From the NCBI GenBank assembly GCA_043754515.1, contig JAYUUO010000305.1:1-64000 (forward strand): DNA of 64,000 bases, in the 5' to 3' direction. Positions 57,235-64,000 of this stretch are shown piece by piece. The DNA is from Armatimonadota bacterium. Lineage in GTDB: Bacteria > Armatimonadota > Armatimonadia > Armatimonadales > Armatimonadaceae. The stretch's first letter is position 1; each line of letters opens with the position of its first letter. Both the position numbers and the translations under genes were made by a program. The notes beneath the pieces were generated by a model. The model did no database searches and was not told the DNA's origin. It saw only the letters and a list, made by a program, of their open reading frames with translations.

Positions 57235-57941
57235 CAGGCTCAAATCAGGGTGTGCCGATGCCGCCCCCGTGGGAGGAGCAGGACCCACTCCTCCCCTACC
57301 CCGGCTACTTCCCCGATCTCCCGGAGGGCTGGCTTAAGCACCGTCATCGCGTGGACAAAGCGCGGGCGCGGGCAAAGCGAGCCAGCATCCGCTCCGTATT
57401 CCTCGGCGATTCGATCACGGAGGGCTGGGACACTACGCTATGGAACATGCACTTCCTTCCCTACGGGGCCATCAACCTCGCCATCGGCGGCGACAAGACG
57501 TGTCAGATATTATGGCGGATTGCCGACGGACTGCTCGAAGGGTTGGCACCCGAGGTCGTTTACCTCGCTATCGGTGTAAACAACATCTGGTCGGGCGTGT
57601 ATTCCCCCGAGCGAATCGGGGACGGCGTGCTAGCCTGCGTCGCCTCAATACAAGCCGCCTGCCCCGCCGCGAAGGTGCTGGTTAGCGACGTCCTGCCCTG
57701 CAACGAATCGCCGGGGCACCCCTACCGCACCGTCATCCGGGGGATCAACGCCCGCATCGCGCCGGTAGCGGATGGAAAGGTGGTGCGATTCGTGGATGCT
57801 GGCGCGGCACTCCTGGAGCCGGACGGGAGACTCCCACCCTCCGTCGCTCCGGACGGGGTGCATCTGTCCTTCGAGGGGTACATACGGATCGCGACTGTGA
57901 TCGCCCCCGCCTTCAAGGACTGTTTCGTTACACCGCCCTGA
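57231..57941 (+). CDS. SGNH/GDSL esterase
   Basis: FLGDSIT, IGGD, IGVNN and DGVH blocks. ATGA overlap with the upstream gene. Confidence 0.9.
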   Translation: MTGSNQGVPMPPPWEEQDPLLPYPGYFPDLPEGWLKHRHRVDKARARAKRASIRSVFLGDSITEGWDTTLWNMHFLPYGAINLAIGGDKTCQILWRIADGLLEGLAPEVVYLAIGVNNIWSGVYSPERIGDGVLACVASIQAACPAAKVLVSDVLPCNESPGHPYRTVIRGINARIAPVADGKVVRFVDAGAALLEPDGRLPPSVAPDGVHLSFEGYIRIATVIAPAFKDCFVTPP

Positions 57942-58066
57942 TGACTCAGTTTATCTTCACGAGGTGCAGAGGAGAGACATTGTTTATGCTCTCATCATGG
58001 CACATCTAACGCCCGACCAGGCGTCCACGGTTGACATGTCCTGCGCGCCCCCCTTATAGTAGACCC

Positions 58067-58471
58067 ATGTGCGCCGCGCAATCCACCAACACTGATCTAC
58101 CTGTTGTAGTTCGGATTGCCGAAGCCTTCGATGCGCCCGCCATCCGCATCGTCCACGAGCGTGCCTTCGGGGACCGCCCGAACGAGGCAGATCTGGCGGA
58201 GTCGCTGACGAAAGTAGGCAAGGCAACTATATCCCTAGTTCCTATTAAAGAAGGTCAAATCATCGGCCACATTTTCTTTTCGCCTGTGACGCTGAAGGCA
58301 AACGCACCCGACCTCCGTGCAGTCGGACTAGACCCACTCGCCGTGTTGCCTGGTTGCCAGCGGTGGGGCGGCGGTCGTTCTCCGACACACCTACTAAAAA
58401 TTTCCGACCGCGAACGGACGAATACAAATCGGCCATCGTATCCCCACTTGATCACGGTGGTCACAACGTGA
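58067..58471 (+). pseudogene. truncated GNAT acetyltransferase (YhbS-like)
   Basis: AF...EADL..., IIGHIFFSPV and GLDPLAVLPGCQRWGGG. Similarity stops at the acetyl-CoA motif and the C-terminal half is missing. Confidence 0.7.
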
Positions 58472-59933
58472 TGGTGACGGAGGTTCCCAAGCCGACGGTG
58501 CTTTCTATCTTCATCGTGCCGCCTAAAGAGGTGACAATCCCCCGGCAGAGCGACAAGCCCAGGCCGGAGCCGCCCGATTCGCGGCCGCGGGCGGTGTCCG
58601 GGCGATAAAAAGGCTCGCCGAGACGCGGCAGAACGTCCGGCGCGATGCCCTCTCCTGTGTCTTGTACCGCGACCCGTAGCCGCCCGCAGACAACGCCCGC
58701 AGACACGGTTACCCGCCCCTGCCTCGTGTGCCGGAGCGCGTTCGCGAGCAGGTTTTGGAGGAGACGGCGCAGATGATCGGGGTCAGTTCGGAACGTCATC
58801 CCCTCGGGCATTTCCACGACAACCGGCACCACGCTGTCCCCCAGTTCTTCGACTACCTCACGGGTGAGCGCGGCGATGTTGACCAAGGACAGCCGCGCCG
58901 GGAGCGTGCCGTTCTCGGTGCGCGTCAGCGTCAGAAGATCGGTTATGAGACGGTTCGCGCGGTCGGCAGACTGGTCGGCGCGATCCAGCGCACGCTGTTG
59001 GAGCGGCGTCAGTGACTCGGGATCCTCAAGTAGTAGGCTCGTCGCGCCCTTGATGACGGCGAGTGGGGTGCGTAGTTCATGGGATGCGGACGCGCTGAAA
59101 CGCTTCTGCCGCTCGAAGGCCCCCTCAAGACGACGCAAGAGGGCGTTCATCAGGCGGGCTAGCATATCGAAGGAGTCGCCTCCGCCTGGCTCCGGTAGCC
59201 GCGCGGACAGATCACCCGGCTCGATCCCGCCCACGGCTTGCGCCAGACGTCGGACTGGCCGAAGCGCGAGTTCGGTTAAAAAGGCACCCAGCACGACGGC
59301 GAAGATGACCAGCGGAAGTAGCAACCCATATAAAGTGGCGGTGATCTCGCGCAGGGTGGCGTCCGTCGGCTCCAGAAGCGCGGCGGTCTGGATCACACCC
59401 CCGCCCTCAGACGACGAAGTGGGAAGACGTAGCGAAACCACGCGGATGTGCCTCCCGTCTTGCGTCACCTCGTCGCGCTGATCGGTGTCCCCGCGAATGC
59501 TGGCGTCGTAGCCCCCTTGAGACCAGAGCCGCTCGCGGTTCGCGCCGCCCGGAGACACGAAGCGTGGGTGTAACAAGGAGATCATCCCGAAACGGAGCGG
59601 GCGTTGGCCACGGGGGGGGCCCCCACCATGTGGTTCTTCTCCGAAAGGCGGCGCGCCGTCGGACCGAGTCCGCAGTGCGGGCCCCCCTCCATCGCCGAAA
59701 TCATCAGGGGGCAGTCCGTAGTGATCCGGGGGAGGCGCGTACGGCGGGTAGTCGGGCGGGCGGTGATCAAACCCTCGCGCCTGCTCGTATAATGTGCGGT
59801 CCAGAGCCGCGTACAGCACCACGCGGATGCGCACCTGCGCCAGCACCACGAGCGCGGTCAGCACCCCGGCGGTGAGCAGTCCGTTCAGTACACGGGTTTG
59901 CCAGGTGATCGAAAGGCGGAGCGGAGGTTTCAC
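58461..59933 (-). CDS. two-component sensor histidine kinase
   Basis: 2 TM helices, HAMP domain, ASHELRTPL, NLLANALRH, DTGEGI and GSGLGL motifs. Confidence 0.95.
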   Translation of the reverse strand: MKPPLRLSITWQTRVLNGLLTAGVLTALVVLAQVRIRVVLYAALDRTLYEQARGFDHRPPDYPPYAPPPDHYGLPPDDFGDGGGPALRTRSDGAPPFGEEPHGGGPPRGQRPLRFGMISLLHPRFVSPGGANRERLWSQGGYDASIRGDTDQRDEVTQDGRHIRVVSLRLPTSSSEGGGVIQTAALLEPTDATLREITATLYGLLLPLVIFAVVLGAFLTELALRPVRRLAQAVGGIEPGDLSARLPEPGGGDSFDMLARLMNALLRRLEGAFERQKRFSASASHELRTPLAVIKGATSLLLEDPESLTPLQQRALDRADQSADRANRLITDLLTLTRTENGTLPARLSLVNIAALTREVVEELGDSVVPVVVEMPEGMTFRTDPDHLRRLLQNLLANALRHTRQGRVTVSAGVVCGRLRVAVQDTGEGIAPDVLPRLGEPFYRPDTARGRESGGSGLGLSLCRGIVTSLGGTMKIESTVGLGTSVTITL

Positions 59934-60631
59934 GCGGGCATCTCCTCCCGCTCCCGCGCGGGGTCGCGCAGCACATACCCGAAGCCGTACACGGTGTGTA
60001 TCAGTTTGCGGTCCGTGGGGCGGTCCGCGTCGAGCTTGCGGCGTAGCGCAGCGAGGTGAACTTCGACCGTGTTCGGTAGACTTTCGGTGTCACCCCAGAG
60101 CGCGAGGATCATCTCTTTGGCGACGGCGTGCCCCTCGCGACTCGCGAGGGCAGACAGGAGGTCAAACTCACGGGCGGTTAGGGAAATGAGTTTCCCATCA
60201 CGGGTAACCTCCCGCGCGTCGGTATCAATCGCGAGGTCTGCTATGCGCAAGATGCGCCGCCGTTGCGCACGCGCGCGCCGGAGTAGCACCGATATACGCG
60301 CCTTGAGCTCCGCGAACGCGAACGGCTTCGGCAGGTAATCGTCCGCGCCCATTTCGAGGCCGCGCACGCGATCTTCTACTTCGTCGCGGGCGGTGAGCAT
60401 CAGTATTGGGGTGGTGTCTCGGCGGTCCCGCAAACGCCGACAGATCGCCCAGCCGTCCATACCAGGAACCATTAAGTCAAGCAGGATGACCCCGTACTCT
60501 CCGGCGCAAGCCTCCGTAAAACCCTCGGTGCCGTTCTGAAACCAGGTCACTTCGTAACGGGCGGCTTGCAGGCCATCCACGATCATCTGCCCGAGTAGCG
60601 TCTCGTCTTCAATCAGCAACAGGCGATTCAT
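59930..60631 (-). CDS. OmpR/PhoB family response regulator
   Basis: LLIEDE, ILLDLMVPGMDG, GADDYLPKPF and winged helix IHTVYGFGY. Confidence 0.95.
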   Translation of the reverse strand: MNRLLLIEDETLLGQMIVDGLQAARYEVTWFQNGTEGFTEACAGEYGVILLDLMVPGMDGWAICRRLRDRRDTTPILMLTARDEVEDRVRGLEMGADDYLPKPFAFAELKARISVLLRRARAQRRRILRIADLAIDTDAREVTRDGKLISLTAREFDLLSALASREGHAVAKEMILALWGDTESLPNTVEVHLAALRRKLDADRPTDRKLIHTVYGFGYVLRDPAREREEMPA

Positions 60632-60687
60632 GCCCGCATTGTACCGCCGAACGCTGAAGAGATACTGAAGCGGTCGCTGGTGTCACG

Positions 60688-60718
60688 AAAAAAGCGGCGG
60701 GATTAATCCCGCCGCTTT
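60688..60718 (-). terminator. intrinsic terminator of cysK
   Basis: AAAGCGGCGGGATTAATCCCGCCGCTTT palindrome followed by a U-run on the minus strand. Confidence 0.8.
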
Positions 60719-60740
60719 CAGGACCACCCATAATGCCTGG

Positions 60741-61706
60741 CTACGCGTCGCGCAGATCCTGGAACAGGATCGTGGACAGGTACCGCTCAGCGTTCGATGG
60801 GATGATCACCACGATCATCTTGCCCGCGTTTTCCGGCCGCTTCCCGACCTCCACGGCGGCGTAAACGGCACCGCCGGCGGAAAGTCCGATCGCGATTCCC
60901 TCCTCGCGCATAACCCGCCGTGCATACATCACCGACTCCTCATTGGTAACCTGGAATACTTCGTCCACGTTCTCCGTGTCGAGAATATCCGGGATGAAGC
61001 CGGCACCGATGCCCTGGATCTTGTGGGGTCCCGGATGCAACGGCTCATGGTTTTTGAACTGGGTGATCACAGGCGAGGCGGTAGGCTCCACGCCGACGGT
61101 TCGGAACGACGGCTTGCGCTGCTTGATGATCTGCGCGACGCCGCTGATCGTGCCTCCGGTCCCGATCCCCGAGACGAGGATGTCCACTTGTCCGTCAGTG
61201 TCTTTCCAGATCTCCTCGGCGGTCGTGTTGCGGTGTATCTCCGGGTTCGCCGGGTTCTTAAACTGTTGCGGCATGAACGTGTTTTCGGGGTCGCGGGCGA
61301 CGATCTCCTCGGCGGAGGCGATGGCCCCCTTCATCCCTTTGGGCCCCTCGGTCAGAACGAGTTCCGCGCCGTAACCGCGTAAGAGTAGTCGCCGCTCCAT
61401 GCTCATGGTCTCGGGCATGCAGAGGATCAGTTTGTAGCCCTTAGAGGCGCACACGAACGCCAGCGCGATGCCGGTGTTGCCTGATGTCGGCTCGACGATG
61501 GTGGTTTTACCGGGCGTGATCAGCCCCGCTTTCTCGGCGGCGTTGATCATACTGACGCCGATCCGGTCTTTGACAGACAGGCCGGGGTTCAGGTACTCCA
61601 GTTTGAGGACGATGTCGGCGACGACGCCCTCCGCCTTCGGGACGCGGTGAAGCCGCACGAGCGGCGTGTTACCAATCAACTCGGTCGGGTTATCGAAAAT
61701 TCGCAT
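60741..61706 (-). CDS. cysK: cysteine synthase A
   Basis: [30 protein letters not shown] and [10 protein letters not shown] motifs. Confidence 0.96.
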   Translation of the reverse strand: MRIFDNPTELIGNTPLVRLHRVPKAEGVVADIVLKLEYLNPGLSVKDRIGVSMINAAEKAGLITPGKTTIVEPTSGNTGIALAFVCASKGYKLILCMPETMSMERRLLLRGYGAELVLTEGPKGMKGAIASAEEIVARDPENTFMPQQFKNPANPEIHRNTTAEEIWKDTDGQVDILVSGIGTGGTISGVAQIIKQRKPSFRTVGVEPTASPVITQFKNHEPLHPGPHKIQGIGAGFIPDILDTENVDEVFQVTNEESVMYARRVMREEGIAIGLSAGGAVYAAVEVGKRPENAGKMIVVIIPSNAERYLSTILFQDLRDA

Positions 61707-61721
61707 TGTTTTCTCTTTCTG

Positions 61722-62189
61722 TCAGATGTGCATCATGAAGCCGATGTCACCCGCATGATGACTTCGACGCTCCAGTAAATCCTGCACGGTGGTCTCGTCA
61801 CAGACGACGCGGAGCGCGGAGCGAACCGTCTCCCAGAAGTGGCGCACTACTTTCGTCTCCGGAAGATCCGCGATGACCCGCTCTTCACCCTCGCCAGTCA
61901 CCAGTTCTGTCGGCACCAGCGGGCCGGATAGCGCGCGGAGCACCTGACCCACGGTAATCCGGTCCGCAGGCGCGGCGAGAGTGTAGCCCCCGCCCGCGCC
62001 CCGCGTCGAGCGAACGACTTCGGCGCGGCGTAACGAGGCGAGCAACTGTTCCAGAAACTGCTCCGGGATGTGCTGGCGCGAGGCGATCTCGCGGGTCTGC
62101 ACCGGTCCGTTCCCGCCGTGCGCCGCGAGGTCCAGCACCGCGCGCATCCCATAGTCTTCTTTCGCCGTAAAATTCACGCCCGCTCCCAC
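61722..62189 (-). CDS. Rrf2 family transcriptional regulator, CymR-like
   Basis: YGMRAVLDLA, FLEQLL and STRGAGGGY motifs. No IscR Cys triad. Directly upstream of cysK. Confidence 0.9.
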   Translation of the reverse strand: MGAGVNFTAKEDYGMRAVLDLAAHGGNGPVQTREIASRQHIPEQFLEQLLASLRRAEVVRSTRGAGGGYTLAAPADRITVGQVLRALSGPLVPTELVTGEGEERVIADLPETKVVRHFWETVRSALRVVCDETTVQDLLERRSHHAGDIGFMMHI

Positions 62190-62317
62190 TAGACCCCGAA
62201 TGGGTACTTAGCTTATCGAAAATGTAATGTATGGATTATACCGCTTGCGACGCTGGATTAAAAGCGGTTGTATCCACTTTTCAAATCGGCGCACACATGG
62301 TAGAATGCCGTTCGCCG

Positions 62318-62390
<73 letters not shown>

Positions 62391-62438
62391 TGACGGGAGA
62401 AGGCGGGCAAGTAGGACACCCCCCGAGTCCGCCTTCCT

Positions 62439-63170
62439 TCACGGAAACCTCTCCCCCGTCCCCATGCTACGCAGAAACGACTCGTATTCCGCGCGTAGGT
62501 CGCCGTCCGTCTCGTTCAGTAGCACCGCGCGGATGAGCGTGCTCGCCGCTTCGGCGGTCGCGTCGTTGACGAGCATTCGCAGTGCCAGAAACGCCTGCCG
62601 CCGCACAATCGCCTCGCTATCGCCGAACGATTCCCCGAGTTGATCCCAGTCGAGTTCGTCACCCAATCCAGCCCGCCCGTAAACGCACCACACCCGGACC
62701 ATTGAGGAAGGGTCAGTGTCCTGCGCATCGCGAAGTGCTGTTAGCGCGTCGCTCCCTTGCCCGACGTCGCCGAGCGATTCCGCCGCGTAGCAACGCACCA
62801 CTTCGTCCTCGTCGTTCAGGAGCAACAGGAGTGCCCGCGTGACTTCCGGCGAGCGTACCCCTATCCAGCCCAGTGCCTCGGCAACGTTCGCGCGTACCAG
62901 TTCGTCCCCGTGACAGTCGAGCTCGATCAGGGCGGGCACGGCGTCCCGCGCCCGGAGAACGCCCAGCGTCTCCACGACCTCGGCGAGCACTTCGTCGTCC
63001 GTCTCGTCTTTGAGCCGGGCGATCAGTACCGGAACGGCTTTAGACGAGGGCAGTTTCCGCACCATCTGCGCGGCGAGCAGGCGCACCTCCGCCTCCGGCG
63101 CGACCAGCGTCGCCAGCAGATGCGGCGTTGGGTCCGAGTAAGGGTCGGTGAAAGTGAAAAACTCGTTCAT
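62439..63170 (-). CDS. HEAT/PBS-lyase repeat protein
   Basis: Repeated D-x-x-VR-x-x-AA-x-x-LG units. ATGA overlap with the upstream gene. Confidence 0.85.
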   Translation of the reverse strand: MNEFFTFTDPYSDPTPHLLATLVAPEAEVRLLAAQMVRKLPSSKAVPVLIARLKDETDDEVLAEVVETLGVLRARDAVPALIELDCHGDELVRANVAEALGWIGVRSPEVTRALLLLLNDEDEVVRCYAAESLGDVGQGSDALTALRDAQDTDPSSMVRVWCVYGRAGLGDELDWDQLGESFGDSEAIVRRQAFLALRMLVNDATAEAASTLIRAVLLNETDGDLRAEYESFLRSMGTGERFP

Positions 63171-63940
63171 ACGGCACCCCATAATTCCCGCGCCTTGTCC
63201 AGCGAGTAGCGAAGTAGGTCCGCGTCCCCATAAAACACCTCGAGCGTGATCGTGTCATCGTAGCCCGTCGCCTTCAGGAGGCGTAGTTCCCGCTTCCAGT
63301 CAATCGTCCCGGCACCGATGGCGAGGTGATCATCTGATTTGCCTTTGTTATCCGAAAGATGCACATGTAAGAGGCGATCCGCGTACCGCTCTAAAAGATT
63401 CGCCGTGCTGGATTTGCGGCCGCGAACCCCGATGTTGGCGTGACCGATGTCAAGGTGCAACCCGACGCCGGGAAGCGCGTCTAACACGGGGGCGAGCGAT
63501 TCGGCGGTATCACCTTCGACGTTCTCGACCATCAGGCGGATGCCGTGTTCGGAGGCGACTCCCTGTAATGCGTTTATCGCGCCGATATTGCGGTCATTGA
63601 TATAAGGCGGCCCGTAGCCGGGGACGTGGCAGTCGAGGTGCAGGTTCATGCGGTCGGCACCGACAGCGGCGAAGACTTCCAGACACCGCGACGCCTCCGC
63701 GACCGCAGCCTGGTGAATGGCGTCGAAAGCCGACGCGAAAGGCAGGTAATACGCGGTGTGCCCCACGACGCCGAGGTTCCGACTCAGGAGTGCGGCTTTA
63801 ATGCGATCCGCCTGGACGTCCGACGCACGACACGCGGGCGGTTCCAGCGTCAGGTCTAAGAAATCGAACCCGAGATCCGCCGCGCGGGCGATCTCTTTGA
63901 GCGGGTCGCGGGCGGGGTTGTTCATCATGCCGAGGCGCAT
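63167..63940 (-). CDS. sugar phosphate isomerase/epimerase family TIM-barrel protein (AP endonuclease 2-like)
   Basis: MVEN, HLDIGH, HVHLSDN, DDHL and TLEV metal-binding motifs. Confidence 0.88.
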   Translation of the reverse strand: MRLGMMNNPARDPLKEIARAADLGFDFLDLTLEPPACRASDVQADRIKAALLSRNLGVVGHTAYYLPFASAFDAIHQAAVAEASRCLEVFAAVGADRMNLHLDCHVPGYGPPYINDRNIGAINALQGVASEHGIRLMVENVEGDTAESLAPVLDALPGVGLHLDIGHANIGVRGRKSSTANLLERYADRLLHVHLSDNKGKSDDHLAIGAGTIDWKRELRLLKATGYDDTITLEVFYGDADLLRYSLDKARELWGAV

Positions 63941-64000
63941 GGATTTATTATACGGCGTAATGCCGGATGTCGGAGGCAACGCGTAGTATTGACGACAACT

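Overview
A GC-rich bacterial chromosomal segment of about 55 protein-coding genes and 2 tRNAs. Armatimonadota is the likely source, by inference only. The basis is a DUF1559 prepilin-like gene and an outer-membrane porin alongside Firmicutes-style gene orders (scpA-scpB-dacB-rluB, darA...holB, yvlD-rapZ-yvcK). Housekeeping genes include fbaB, hisS, hisC, scpAB, rluB, holB, der, smpB, cysK, tRNA-Leu(CAG) and tRNA-Ile2(CAT). Between them lie an ammonium-uptake operon (ANTAR regulator, porin, glnK, amtB), glycan-use genes (GH130, GH76/LacI/DUF1559, a BNR beta-propeller plus an SGNH esterase), three S41 protease genes, a candidate MITE at the left edge and several pseudogenes. I saw no CRISPR array, rRNA, prophage or transposase. 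The best candidate for an undescribed system is a three-gene unit at 36122-39320. It comprises an ECF sigma factor (interrupted here by an amber codon), a 520-aa protein with a degenerate sigma70 region 1.2/2 domain between two PilB/GspE N-terminal domains, and a PilT-like ATPase with eroded catalytic motifs. Other notable signals are an ANTAR regulator lacking its phosphoacceptor Asp, a catalytically dead CtpA paralogue coupled to an active CtpA, and several apparently leaderless genes. All family calls come from motif recognition by eye; no database search was run.
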